IMG/VR virus record: IMGVR_UViG_3300025773_000007
Coordinates: 1 to 62,496 of that record
Length of the DNA stretch: 62,496 nt
Origin: a virus
Taxonomy: Duplodnaviria; Caudoviricetes
Strand: one strand, 5' to 3'
A model generated the notes under the pieces. It worked only from the letters and a program-made list of their open reading frames with translations, ran no database searches and was not told where the DNA came from. Below, piece by piece: positions 19,987 to 31,083 of this stretch. The translations under genes and the position numbers were made by a program. Positions within the stretch are counted from its first letter, which is position 1. Every line of letters begins with the position of its first letter.

Positions 19987-22900
19987 ATGGCAGAATTTAA
20001 ATTAGGTAGAATTAAGTTTGTATACCAAGGAAATTGGGCATCAAATACTTCATATGTAGTCGATGACGTAGTTACTGTTGGCGGAAAAACTTACATCTGT
20101 ATTTTAAGCAATACAAGTTCAAGTAATTTTTCTAATGATTTGAACAATATTACACCATACTGGCAATTAATGGCAGATGGAACGTTATGGCGTGGAACTT
20201 GGGCAAATAATACTGCTTATAATATTGGCGATTTGGCACAGTATGGCGGAACAATTTATCTATGTAACGTTGCTCATACTAGTGTAACTTCTACTTTAAC
20301 ACTTACTGCTACATCATTTACAGTTAATGCGGGAACAGCCACATTGGGCTATGCCGCACAACCTGGTACACCTTTTGTTCCAGGACAGACTATTACATTG
20401 TCAGGATTCAGTCCTACAACTACTACTAGTCCATCAAACAATATTAATACAACATTTACAGTTTTAACATGTACTACAACTCAATTGACATTTGCATTGA
20501 GTGGCACATATTCTAACGTAACACTAGGTACAGTAGCAGGAACCGGAGCTCTTGAATCAGAAATAAATGATTGGACAGTATTTGGAACTAACATTAACTG
20601 GTCAAACGCTTGGGCCACAAGTACTCGTTATAAAGTAAATGACTTAGTTTACTATGGCGGATACACTTATGTTTGTAATACCGCACACGTATCTGCATCA
20701 ACAATATCTTCTGGACTCGAATCTAATCAAAGTTACTGGTCTACATTTAATGCTGGTATTTTTTATCAAGGTGCATGGACTACCGGTACTCGTTATAAAG
20801 TAAATGACATTGTTACTTACGGTGCAGACGTTTGGATCTGTACAACATATCATACATCTAGTGGATCTACATTAGATGCTACCAAATTTACAATTTTAGT
20901 AAACGGTTTCCAATTTGTAAACAGCTGGAGTAATGCAACCGCATACAAAGCAGGTGACGTAGTAACTTATGGTGGATATAGCTATACCGCTATTCAGAAC
21001 AATACTGGTCAAACACCGTCAACCGCAACAACTTATTGGCAAGTGTTTACAACAGGGTTTGTATACCAAGGAGCATGGAGCGGATCAAACTCTTACTTAA
21101 TTGGTAACGTAGTTAGTTATGGTGGATATACTTATGTTGCAGTTGCAGATAATGCAAACTCATCTATTACAATCACAGCAACTACAGTATCAACAGATCC
21201 TACTAGACCAAATCAAATTACTACATCAAGTACAAGTAATTTAGTAGCAAATTTACCAATCATTTTTAGTGGAACTACTTTTGGCAATATTGTGTCTTCA
21301 ACAACTTATTATGTAAGTTCAGTAGTAGATGCTACACATTTCACAATTAGTGCAACAGCTGGCGGTCCAGTATTTGCTCTTACCACAGCTACTGGTTCAG
21401 CAACTGGCGCCACACAAACACAACCGCCACTTAGTGCATATTGGGGTTTGTTAAATTCAGGTGTTCGTTGGACTAACAATTCACAAACATTTACATCTGT
21501 TAGTGGTACAAACATTTCTAGTTTAGGAACAGGTGCATCGTTTGATGTTACTGTAAACAAAACAATTTACACAGTAATTCCGCACAGCGGATCTGCTGGT
21601 AGCGGTTACGTTACTGGCGATACTATTAAAATTTTAGGAACAAACGTTGGCGGCCTGAGCCCAGTTAACGATGTCACTTTAACTGTAACAGCTTCTGGCG
21701 GTGCTATTACATCATTAGTAGCAACAGGTGTTGCTGTTACATGGAGTACAGGTGTTACTTATGTTTTAGGCGATGTTGTATTATTTGGAGCTAACAACTA
21801 CATTTGTATTCAATCACATGTAGCAACAACCGGAAGCCGTCCAGATAACGATACTACCGCAACGTATTGGAATTTATTCACTGCAGGTTCTGAACCTGCA
21901 ACATTGACCACAGCAGGTGACATGTTCTATTATGGACTAAATGGTCCAACACGTTTACCAATTGGTACTAACGGCCAAATTTTACGTTCAACAAACGGAT
22001 ACCCTACATGGGCAACTTACGGTATTATCAACAACGTTGTGTATGTTGGACCTACTGGTACAGACAGTCCTGCCCCAGGTTACGGTTTAACAATTGACAG
22101 CCCATGGGCATCGATTCGTTATGCTTGCCAACAAGTTGAAAATGGATATTTAAATCCTAATGCTACTCAGTTACTTGCTAAGAATAAACAATTTTTCTTA
22201 AAAGAAGTTAATAACTATGTTCAGTATACATATACTGTTACAGTTTCAGCAGCAAGTACAACTGTATTCACAGCTGGATCAACAACATCATTATATGTTG
22301 GTATGCCAATTAGTTTTACAGGAACAGTTGGCGGAGTAACTGCTGGTACAACTTACTATGTTCAAGCAATTGGTAGCACAACTACATTTGCAATCTCAGC
22401 AACATTTGGTGGAAATGCATTGCCATTAACAGCTGGATCAGGTTCGATGACTGGTACTTATGTTTATAGTGCAAGCAAAACTGAAAGAGATGCAGGCATT
22501 GTTATCGATGGAGTAATATTTGATGTAAGCCACGGTGGAACATTAAACAGTACTACGGCTGCTAATGCATATTTTTCAAATGGTTCATTAATCTCTGGAG
22601 TTAACTCTTACGATATTATTCCGTTTGTTGCTTCATTAACTTATTTAGGTACTAAATTATTCCCTGCAATTTTATCTAATACAGCTCCGTCAAGTAACTA
22701 TCAAACACTAAACAGTATTAGTTCAGGTAATCAAGCAAAACAAATTATCGATTCAACATTAACAGCAGAAAGTGGATCGACTACTTTAGCTGGCAATTTA
22801 GTTGCTATCACATACAATGCATTAAATGCACAAACTAGTACTGTTATTGCTACAGCTATTGTGCCTGATACAACAATTTATGTTAAAACAGGAACATACA

Positions 22901-25900
22901 ACGAAATATTACCAATCAGTATTCCAAGAAATACAGCAATCGTTGGAGATGAATTGCGTAGTACAGTAATTCAACCAGCACCTGCAATTCCTAATTTAGT
23001 AAATGATAAACCTAAATCAATCTTAGCTTTGAATCATACTAAGGCATTGTTGAGTAATTTAATTTCAAATACTACAATTACACCGACTACTGGAAATACA
23101 CAAACACAAGTTACTACATTACCAGCCGGCGATCAAGGATCTCAAACCGCTGTTAATAGTGTTTTAACAAATGCTGCGTTAATCCAAGATATGATAAGCA
23201 ACGGCTTACCACAAGCTCCTGCATTTGTATTGCCTCAACCTACTGGTTACAATACATCATTCTTGTCAACATACGGCAACGGCGTAACACAAATTGTTAA
23301 CAATTATTTGTTCATTAAAGCAGAAATCGCTGCTTATTTAAATACCAATTATAATACAATTTGGACTAGTACCGCATTTACTACTGGCGGATATCAAGCA
23401 GAAACTATCAGAGACGTTAGTTTTATATTAGACGGACTACAGTACGATTTAACCTACGGCGGTAATGTACAAAGTAATATCAACGGTAGTTCATATTATT
23501 CTCTAGGTTATAGTCAAGTTCAAACAGCATATACTCAAATTTTTAATGCAGCCTTGACTCGTTTAAAAACTATTATTGGACAAATTGTTCAAGGTCAATC
23601 AGTATCTGCAACTTCTGGTAATAGTGTAACTCAGTATACTACAGCACCATACGGTAATTCAACAGCCGCAAGTGCTGCACAAGGTTTGATACAAAATATT
23701 TTAAACTGGATTGCAAACGGTTACGGAGATACAACTGTATATCCAACAGTTGCTATTGCTCTAGCAAGTAGTCAACTACAAACATCGTTTAACTTGTTAC
23801 AAGCAAGAGCTAGTGAAATTGCAGCAGATGCTCAAGCATGGGTTAAAAAGTATTATCAATCAAGTAATATTAGTACTTCATTAACTAATCGTGATGCTGG
23901 ATATATTGTTCAAGCACTATCATACGATTTAGTATTTGGCAGCAACTTCAATAGTATTGCGGCAGGTAGAGGTTTCAACAGATTAAACACTAGTGCCCAA
24001 GCATTATTAGCAAATACAAATAATGAATTATCAGCAACACTGGGTGCAATTCAATTTATTGCTAACAAAGCAAAACAATATGCGGCAGGTGGTTCAGCAA
24101 TCCAAGCAACAGCTACAATCAATGATGTAATATCATTAATTAATGGACAAGCTACAACTACATTAACTACCGCAACAACAAGCACAAACGTATTAACTGT
24201 GTCTAGTACATCAGGTATGTATGTTGGCCAGCCAATTCAGTTTACTGGATTGCCAGCTAATATTACTACAACAGCCACAGCTACTACAACAAGTACTAAC
24301 GTAATTACACTAGGAGCTACAGCAAGTAGTTTAGGTATTGTTGCTGGACAACAAATTTATTTTACAGGTTCTGTATTTGGTAATATTGTACAAAACCAAA
24401 TGTATTATGTTTTAAGTCCAAGCGGAAGCACTATTCAAGTTAGTTTAACATACGGTGGAAGTGCTGTAGCTTTAGTAACAGCTTCGGGTACAATGTCAGT
24501 TGTTGTTAACAATGCTGGAGGTTTGTGGAATAACAATGTCTATTGGATCAACACTATTCCAGGTACTACAACTTTAACTATTACAAGTAGCTATGCAAGC
24601 GGAACAGCTTATACTATTACTAATACAAAAACTGGTATGACTGCTAGTGCAGTAGCTGGCGATTCTTCTAATATTTTAACAAATGGTTCTGTAACTTATA
24701 ATGACACATTAACTACAATTAATGGAGCAGAAATACTACGTGCTAATAAAAACTTTATAGCTTATGAAGCAGCTGCATATATCAGTGCAAGTTATGGTGG
24801 AGGTTCTGGTGCTGTAACAACTACTGCCTCTACAGGTAATTTAGTTACAACATCTAGTGCTCATAACTTTGTAGCAGGCGATCCTGTAGTATTCAGTGCT
24901 GTTACAGTAACAACTACAGCAACTTCTAGTATTGCAAGCACAGACGGCAGTCGTCCAAATCAAATTGTTGTAGGAACTACAACAGGAGTTGTTGCTGGCA
25001 TGCCAATTAGCTTTGCTGGAACAAACTTTGGCGGTATAAATTTAAGTACTACTTACTATGTTAAAACAGTAGTTGATAGTACACACATTACCATTAGCGC
25101 AACTTATAACGGAACGGTACTGACTCTTACAACTGGTACTGGTTCAATGACAGCAACCATTGGCGGAATATTTGGTGGATTGACAGCAGGCGTTGAATAT
25201 TATGTATTGTCTGCAGGTCTTACACCAACATCATTTGCTGTTACGGCAACTCAAGGAAGTACAACACCAGTTACTCTTTCACCTGCAAATGGAGTTGCTA
25301 CAGTTAACTATTATTATAATTTAACTAAATGTATTCGTGATACTTCAGAGTACATTAACGCATTGATTTATGATTTAAATTACCCAGGTAATTACAAATC
25401 ATTACGTGCAGCAACATTGTACAATAATGCAGTGAGTGGATCAACTACAAGTAACATGTTCTTTGCTAGAAACGGATCTGGTTTAAGAAACTGTACCATG
25501 AACGGATTGACAGGAACATTGACAGCAGCTAATAGTTACGGTACAAAACGACCAACAGCAGGTGCGTATGTTTCATTAGATCCAGGATTTGGACCAAACG
25601 ATACTAACGTATGGATCAACAGCCGAAGCCATTACAGTCAAAACTGTACTATGTTTGGTACAGCTTGTACTGGTGCTAAAATTGATTCAGCACTGCATAG
25701 CGGTGGTAATAAGTCTATGGTTAAGAATGACTTTACCACAATTTTAAGTGACGGTATTGGTGTATGGTGTACAGGTTCTGGATCATTAACAGAATTAGTT
25801 TCAGTGTTCAACTACTACGGCTATGCTGGTTATCTAGCAGAGCTAGGTGGACGTATTCGTGCTACCAACGGTAATAGTTCATACGGTACGTATGGTGTTA

Positions 25901-28900
25901 TTGCTGAAGGCACAGATACTTTTGAAACTCCAATTTATGCAAACTTAAACAATCATAATGCTCAAGCATATATTACTAACGTAGTAACAGATGCAGTTAA
26001 CAACGTATTACGTATTGAGTACGAAAATGCTGGTAACGGTTACACAAACTATCTACCAGGTATTAGTGGATCAGGTTATAATGCCGCAGCAATTGGAGAT
26101 GAATTTAGAGATTCCGCTGTATTTGAAACACGTTTAATTGATAACGGTGACGGTACAAGCACAAGCGTAGGCGGAACAAGTTATGTAGCAGCAACTAACA
26201 CTGGACAAAACGGCGGTGTTGGTTACTTTACAATTGCCAACACCGACCAAGCATTAAGCACAGCGTATGTTGGTATGAGAATACAACTAACAGCTGGTAC
26301 AGGTGTTGGTCAGTATGCTAATATTTTAACTTATAGCAACGGAACTAAAACTGCTCAAATTTACAAAGATAGTTTTGCTACATTAACAATAACAGCAACA
26401 ACACAAGGTACTCCTAGTACTGTTACAGTGGCAAGTACAGCAACATTATATACCAATATGCCATTCTATGTAGCAACTACAGTGGGCGGTTTGTCGGCAG
26501 GTACAGTTTACTATGTTCAATCAGTAGCAAGTACGACAACATTTACAGTAGCGTTGACAAGCGGTGGAGCAGCGTTAACTACCGCAATAACAACTACTAC
26601 AAGCCAGTCAGTAGCATTGTATGCAGCAGGTTGGGATCATGTTGTTCCAGGAACACCTATTACTAATGCATTAGATTTAACAAGTACATATATTATTGAA
26701 CCTCGTATTAACTATACTGGTCCAGGATTTGTTTCAAACGCTAGAACACTTCCATCAAGTACAACATGGCAAGCTGTTACATACGGTGCAGGTTATTTCT
26801 TAGCTGTGCCAAGTACTGGTACTGGTACCGCAACTAGCACTGATGGTAAAACATGGACAGCTGGCGGTTTATTACCAAGCAGTCAATCATGGGTAGATGC
26901 TGTTTACGGCGGCGGACAGCTAGCAACAGCAACAGCAGTTGTTGGCGGCTTAGGCGGAACTGGTGCAACATTTACAGCCACTTTAGGTACTGGTTTATTA
27001 TCAGGACAAGTTGTAGGTATCACAGTTGTTACTAGCGGTTTAGGTTATACTACACCTCCGACTATTGTAATCAGCGGAACAGGTTCTGGTTGCGTAGCTG
27101 TAGCTCAAGTATTGAACGGATCCGTAACTAATGTTACAGTTACAGTTCCAGGATCAAATTATACAGTTGCTCCTACTGTAACAGCGGTTACTAGTACTGT
27201 TACAAGTATCACAGCAAATACTTGGGGTAGAAATTATTTCTCAGTTCCAACAATTACAATAAGTGCTCCATTTACTGCAACATTATGGACAGCAAGCGGA
27301 ATTGCTACTAGTGGTACGTATTACTACTACAATAATGCTGGTGTTACTAACTATTATTTGGCAACTAGTAATGGTACATTTACCACTACAGGACCAACAT
27401 TTACAAGTGGTTCAACAACTAACGGTACTGTAAGTTTAACTTATTCAGGTACACTAGCAGTAGCTACAGCTACATTAAGCAATAATGGTGTAAATGCATT
27501 TACTATAACTAACGGTGGGTATGGTTATACAACAACTCCAACTGTAAGTATTACAGATACTGGAGCTAACTACGTTGTTATTTCTGGTGCAAGTAATAAT
27601 ACAGCATATCAACTTACAGGATCATTGGGTTCAGCATGGACAGCAGGTCCATCAACTGGTAAGACAAACTTGTATTCTATTGCTTATGGTAATGGTATCT
27701 ATATAGCAGTTGGTGGTGCAAGTGGAACACCTAGCGCAGTTTCAAGTACTAACCCAGGAAACGGTGGATCTTGGATTGACCGTTCAGGCGTAATTACTGG
27801 ACTATCGAGTAATTATTATTCAGCTGTTGCTTATGGTAATGGTTATTTTGTGGCCGTACAATATGGCGGAACAGTAACTTCGACAACTACAAACGGTACA
27901 AGTTGGACTACTGGAGGTGTACTTCCAAGTTCAGCCAACTGGGTCAGCATTGCTTACGGTAATGGTCGTTTTGTAACTATTGCTACTGGTAGTAACAGTG
28001 TAGCATACAGTTATGATAAAGGCGTCACATGGATTGCTAGCCCAGCAGGATTGCCATCGAGTCAAAGTTGGACTAAAGTAACCTACGGCGAAGGTTTATT
28101 TGTTGCTATAGCCAGCGGTACAACTGTATGTGCTACAAGCCCAGATGGTGTGACTTGGACAGTTCAGGCAATGCCAGGAAGCAGTAGTAACTGGAAAGGA
28201 ATTGCATTTGGAAATACATCTTTAACAGCTGCAGGTCCAGTGCCAATTTATGCAGCGGTTTCGGCAACATCTGGAACTACAGCCGCAAGTATCCAAACAG
28301 GTGCTACACCTTTAGGAAGAATGAAAGTTACAGCAGGTGCTATTGCAGAAGTTAGAATGATAGAACCTGGTTCTGGATTCAGCAAAGGAGTTGTGACAGC
28401 AACTACTAGTTCTACTAACGTTATAACAGTTGATAACACAATTCTATTGTCTAATAATCAACCGGTGATATTCACTGGAGCAAGTACCGGTGGATTAGCA
28501 GCTAATACATATTATTATGTAATTGGATCAAGTATTACAGCTAGTAGTTTCCAAGTAGCAGCAACAAGTGGTAGTTCTACACCTGTTACATTATCAACTG
28601 CAACTGGCTTAACTGGTACTTTCAGAGCAAGTCCAATCGCAACAGTAACTGAACCAAACCACGTTAAGACAGCATCGTTAGCAGTACGCACAAATGATGG
28701 TGCAATAGCAAATCCAAGTTTCAGTAATAGAGGTACAGCTAATACATCGGCTACAGCTTCGGTTCAAGGTGACGGATATGCAGACTTGTATCAACCTAGT
28801 TCGTTTATCGCTGTATCTAATTTATACTCATCACCGACAGCAGGTGCTAACGTAGTATTCAGTACTATTCCAAATACTTGGTATAAACTAGTAAGTGTAA

Positions 28901-29580
28901 CTAACGTATTAGGTCTGGCAGGAAACTACACAGCTACATTCCAAATTAACCCAGCGTTAACTGTAGCTCTTGCTCCTCCGCATAATACATTGATTACAAC
29001 CACACTAAAATATAGTCAGGTACGTTTAACAGGACACGACTTCTTGTATATTGGTACTGGTAATCAAACTCAGACTAATTATCCAAACGTTAATCCGGCT
29101 ACCGCTATCCAAGCTAATCAAACTAATAGTTCGGGCGGTGGTCGTGTGTTCTTCACGAGTACCGACCAAGACGGTAACTTCAACGTGGGTAATTTGTTTG
29201 GAGTTCAGCAAGCAACTGGTACAGCTACATTGAACGCTAGTGCGTTTAACTTGTCAGGACTACAATCCTTACAATTAGGTAGTGTAGCAGTTGGTGTTGG
29301 AAGTGCTGTGATCACACAGTTTAGTACTGATCCGTACTTCACAGCTAATAGTGATAGCATTGTTCCAACACAAAAAGCTATCAAATCTTACATTACATCA
29401 CAAATTGGTGGTGGTGCAAGTAGTTTGAACGTAAATACACTAACGGCTGGTATCATTTATATTGCTGGTAACACAATATCAACAACTAGCGGTGCAAGTA
29501 TTAACGTTAAAGCAAAGATGAATTTTACAGGTGGTATTGATGGTGCTCCGGTTGCACTAGCATATTTCAACCAAAAATAA
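19987..29580 (+). CDS. Giant tail fibre/spike-like structural protein (3197 aa), paralogue of 12188..19951
   Basis: Same order of modules as the upstream gene (MAEFKLGRIKF start, seven CBM-like repeats, beta-helix, propeller, HDFL/STDQDGNF/FSTD C-terminus), plus extra helical RD...I.D.L.YDL..GGN repeats. Confidence 0.8.
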   Translation: MAEFKLGRIKFVYQGNWASNTSYVVDDVVTVGGKTYICILSNTSSSNFSNDLNNITPYWQLMADGTLWRGTWANNTAYNIGDLAQYGGTIYLCNVAHTSVTSTLTLTATSFTVNAGTATLGYAAQPGTPFVPGQTITLSGFSPTTTTSPSNNINTTFTVLTCTTTQLTFALSGTYSNVTLGTVAGTGALESEINDWTVFGTNINWSNAWATSTRYKVNDLVYYGGYTYVCNTAHVSASTISSGLESNQSYWSTFNAGIFYQGAWTTGTRYKVNDIVTYGADVWICTTYHTSSGSTLDATKFTILVNGFQFVNSWSNATAYKAGDVVTYGGYSYTAIQNNTGQTPSTATTYWQVFTTGFVYQGAWSGSNSYLIGNVVSYGGYTYVAVADNANSSITITATTVSTDPTRPNQITTSSTSNLVANLPIIFSGTTFGNIVSSTTYYVSSVVDATHFTISATAGGPVFALTTATGSATGATQTQPPLSAYWGLLNSGVRWTNNSQTFTSVSGTNISSLGTGASFDVTVNKTIYTVIPHSGSAGSGYVTGDTIKILGTNVGGLSPVNDVTLTVTASGGAITSLVATGVAVTWSTGVTYVLGDVVLFGANNYICIQSHVATTGSRPDNDTTATYWNLFTAGSEPATLTTAGDMFYYGLNGPTRLPIGTNGQILRSTNGYPTWATYGIINNVVYVGPTGTDSPAPGYGLTIDSPWASIRYACQQVENGYLNPNATQLLAKNKQFFLKEVNNYVQYTYTVTVSAASTTVFTAGSTTSLYVGMPISFTGTVGGVTAGTTYYVQAIGSTTTFAISATFGGNALPLTAGSGSMTGTYVYSASKTERDAGIVIDGVIFDVSHGGTLNSTTAANAYFSNGSLISGVNSYDIIPFVASLTYLGTKLFPAILSNTAPSSNYQTLNSISSGNQAKQIIDSTLTAESGSTTLAGNLVAITYNALNAQTSTVIATAIVPDTTIYVKTGTYNEILPISIPRNTAIVGDELRSTVIQPAPAIPNLVNDKPKSILALNHTKALLSNLISNTTITPTTGNTQTQVTTLPAGDQGSQTAVNSVLTNAALIQDMISNGLPQAPAFVLPQPTGYNTSFLSTYGNGVTQIVNNYLFIKAEIAAYLNTNYNTIWTSTAFTTGGYQAETIRDVSFILDGLQYDLTYGGNVQSNINGSSYYSLGYSQVQTAYTQIFNAALTRLKTIIGQIVQGQSVSATSGNSVTQYTTAPYGNSTAASAAQGLIQNILNWIANGYGDTTVYPTVAIALASSQLQTSFNLLQARASEIAADAQAWVKKYYQSSNISTSLTNRDAGYIVQALSYDLVFGSNFNSIAAGRGFNRLNTSAQALLANTNNELSATLGAIQFIANKAKQYAAGGSAIQATATINDVISLINGQATTTLTTATTSTNVLTVSSTSGMYVGQPIQFTGLPANITTTATATTTSTNVITLGATASSLGIVAGQQIYFTGSVFGNIVQNQMYYVLSPSGSTIQVSLTYGGSAVALVTASGTMSVVVNNAGGLWNNNVYWINTIPGTTTLTITSSYASGTAYTITNTKTGMTASAVAGDSSNILTNGSVTYNDTLTTINGAEILRANKNFIAYEAAAYISASYGGGSGAVTTTASTGNLVTTSSAHNFVAGDPVVFSAVTVTTTATSSIASTDGSRPNQIVVGTTTGVVAGMPISFAGTNFGGINLSTTYYVKTVVDSTHITISATYNGTVLTLTTGTGSMTATIGGIFGGLTAGVEYYVLSAGLTPTSFAVTATQGSTTPVTLSPANGVATVNYYYNLTKCIRDTSEYINALIYDLNYPGNYKSLRAATLYNNAVSGSTTSNMFFARNGSGLRNCTMNGLTGTLTAANSYGTKRPTAGAYVSLDPGFGPNDTNVWINSRSHYSQNCTMFGTACTGAKIDSALHSGGNKSMVKNDFTTILSDGIGVWCTGSGSLTELVSVFNYYGYAGYLAELGGRIRATNGNSSYGTYGVIAEGTDTFETPIYANLNNHNAQAYITNVVTDAVNNVLRIEYENAGNGYTNYLPGISGSGYNAAAIGDEFRDSAVFETRLIDNGDGTSTSVGGTSYVAATNTGQNGGVGYFTIANTDQALSTAYVGMRIQLTAGTGVGQYANILTYSNGTKTAQIYKDSFATLTITATTQGTPSTVTVASTATLYTNMPFYVATTVGGLSAGTVYYVQSVASTTTFTVALTSGGAALTTAITTTTSQSVALYAAGWDHVVPGTPITNALDLTSTYIIEPRINYTGPGFVSNARTLPSSTTWQAVTYGAGYFLAVPSTGTGTATSTDGKTWTAGGLLPSSQSWVDAVYGGGQLATATAVVGGLGGTGATFTATLGTGLLSGQVVGITVVTSGLGYTTPPTIVISGTGSGCVAVAQVLNGSVTNVTVTVPGSNYTVAPTVTAVTSTVTSITANTWGRNYFSVPTITISAPFTATLWTASGIATSGTYYYYNNAGVTNYYLATSNGTFTTTGPTFTSGSTTNGTVSLTYSGTLAVATATLSNNGVNAFTITNGGYGYTTTPTVSITDTGANYVVISGASNNTAYQLTGSLGSAWTAGPSTGKTNLYSIAYGNGIYIAVGGASGTPSAVSSTNPGNGGSWIDRSGVITGLSSNYYSAVAYGNGYFVAVQYGGTVTSTTTNGTSWTTGGVLPSSANWVSIAYGNGRFVTIATGSNSVAYSYDKGVTWIASPAGLPSSQSWTKVTYGEGLFVAIASGTTVCATSPDGVTWTVQAMPGSSSNWKGIAFGNTSLTAAGPVPIYAAVSATSGTTAASIQTGATPLGRMKVTAGAIAEVRMIEPGSGFSKGVVTATTSSTNVITVDNTILLSNNQPVIFTGASTGGLAANTYYYVIGSSITASSFQVAATSGSSTPVTLSTATGLTGTFRASPIATVTEPNHVKTASLAVRTNDGAIANPSFSNRGTANTSATASVQGDGYADLYQPSSFIAVSNLYSSPTAGANVVFSTIPNTWYKLVSVTNVLGLAGNYTATFQINPALTVALAPPHNTLITTTLKYSQVRLTGHDFLYIGTGNQTQTNYPNVNPATAIQANQTNSSGGGRVFFTSTDQDGNFNVGNLFGVQQATGTATLNASAFNLSGLQSLQLGSVAVGVGSAVITQFSTDPYFTANSDSIVPTQKAIKSYITSQIGGGASSLNVNTLTAGIIYIAGNTISTTSGASINVKAKMNFTGGIDGAPVALAYFNQK

Positions 29581-29595
29581 TAAGGAAAATTAAAA

Positions 29596-29928
29596 ATGGC
29601 AACAGGTCGATTTACAACACCCCAGGCTTCGATACAGCTTGGAACAACAAATACTACATTGTACATAGTACCCGCTGGTTACTATAGTGTATTCAATGTT
29701 TCATTGACAAATACTGGTACAACAGCGGTGACAATTCAATTAGCACTTTCGGCAACTAGTACACCAGGTACAAGTGACTGGATCGAATTTGGTACAACTA
29801 TTGCTCCAAAAGGAGTTTTTGAGCGTACCGGTCTAGTAGCAAATGCTGGTTTATATGTAGTAGGCTTGTCTAGTACGGCTGCACAAGTTAACGCAACTGT
29901 GTACGGTATCGAAACTTCAACATCATAA
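29596..29928 (+). CDS. Small structural protein, 110-120 aa family (copy 3)
   Basis: TTLYIVPAG...NVSLTN...TIAPKGVFERTGLV...VYGIE. Confidence 0.6.
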   Translation: MATGRFTTPQASIQLGTTNTTLYIVPAGYYSVFNVSLTNTGTTAVTIQLALSATSTPGTSDWIEFGTTIAPKGVFERTGLVANAGLYVVGLSSTAAQVNATVYGIETSTS

Positions 29929-29948
29929 TAGTATAAGAGAGATAACAT

Positions 29949-31082
29949 ATGGGACGATATAATACGGTAATAGCGACGTCAACCGCTATCGCAGGCACAT
30001 ATACAATGCCAGCACCTTTTGCTGGTATTCAAGAACTTGGAGGTACAGCACCCTATACGGTTACAATGCCTAGCCCTGTGTTATTTCCAGGTACTACACA
30101 AACTTTTTACAATACAACAAGCGGCGTAGTAACATTGTCATTGAGCGGTGTAACTCCTGCAGGTAACATTATAGGACCAGCAACTAACAATACATCTGTT
30201 CAAACTTATGCTATGCCTACTGGTGCAATTTTTACAGTTTACTCAGATGGTGTAAATTGGTTAAGTATAAACAATGACAGCGGTGGTCCATTCTATGCTA
30301 CTACAGGTAGTTTTAGTGGAGTGTTGACCGCTACTGGCGGCATTTCAGCTACTACAGGTGGCAACAATCAAACTTTTAGTACAACTGGTAGTGCTACAAT
30401 CAGTTTAAGTTCGGGCGGTATTGGTAGTATTGCCAACATGACCATTGGTAGTAGTAGCCCTCAATCGGGTGCATTTACATCTTTAAGTGCCAGCAGTGCT
30501 GTAACACTAACTGGCGGTGGTGCTGCAACAGCTTATAATACATCGGGTGCAGCGTTATTAGTAACAGGTGGTGCTGGTATTAGCGGTGCTTTGTATACAA
30601 ACAGTACAGCACAATTTGCCAATACATTAACTGTAACTTCAGGCGGAGCAAGTATTACAGGAAGTGTATCATTACCAACTTCTAGCGGTACTACACTTAC
30701 TGTAAGTTCAACAGCCCAAGGTTCAAATGCCAGTACTGGTAACGCATTGCAAGTTGCAGGTGGTGTAGGTATTCAAGGAACATTATATACTGTAGGTTTA
30801 ACAGAAACATCTAGTATAGCATTTAAAGAAAATGTTATGCCAATTGGTAATGTATTAGATCGAGTAATGAACCTAGTTGGTGTCACTTATGATCGTAAAG
30901 AAGGTCGTAAAAACGAAGCTGGTTTAATTGCTGAAGAAGTTTATAAAGTTATTCCAGAAATTGTTAGCACTGACAAAGAAGGCAAACCTTACGGTATTCA
31001 ATATACAAAATTATCAGTATATTTGTTAGAAGCTATTAAATCATTGAAACAAGAAATCAATGAATTAAAGGGATCAAAGTAA
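29949..31082 (+). CDS. Tail fibre protein with C-terminal Peptidase S74 intramolecular chaperone
   Basis: C-terminus TSSIAFKENV...GVTYDRK...GLIAEEV..VIPEIV...IQYTKLSVYLLEAIKSLKQEINELK. Shaft repeats AL.V.GG.GI.G.LY. Confidence 0.85.
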   Translation: MGRYNTVIATSTAIAGTYTMPAPFAGIQELGGTAPYTVTMPSPVLFPGTTQTFYNTTSGVVTLSLSGVTPAGNIIGPATNNTSVQTYAMPTGAIFTVYSDGVNWLSINNDSGGPFYATTGSFSGVLTATGGISATTGGNNQTFSTTGSATISLSSGGIGSIANMTIGSSSPQSGAFTSLSASSAVTLTGGGAATAYNTSGAALLVTGGAGISGALYTNSTAQFANTLTVTSGGASITGSVSLPTSSGTTLTVSSTAQGSNASTGNALQVAGGVGIQGTLYTVGLTETSSIAFKENVMPIGNVLDRVMNLVGVTYDRKEGRKNEAGLIAEEVYKVIPEIVSTDKEGKPYGIQYTKLSVYLLEAIKSLKQEINELKGSK

Positions 31083-31083
31083 C

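Noticed and set aside
20621-20808. Exact 23-bp direct repeat GTACTCGTTATAAAGTAAATGAC (20621-20643, 20786-20808)
   Set aside because: Only two copies, in frame within CBM-like protein repeats. It is not a CRISPR array, att site or insertion boundary.
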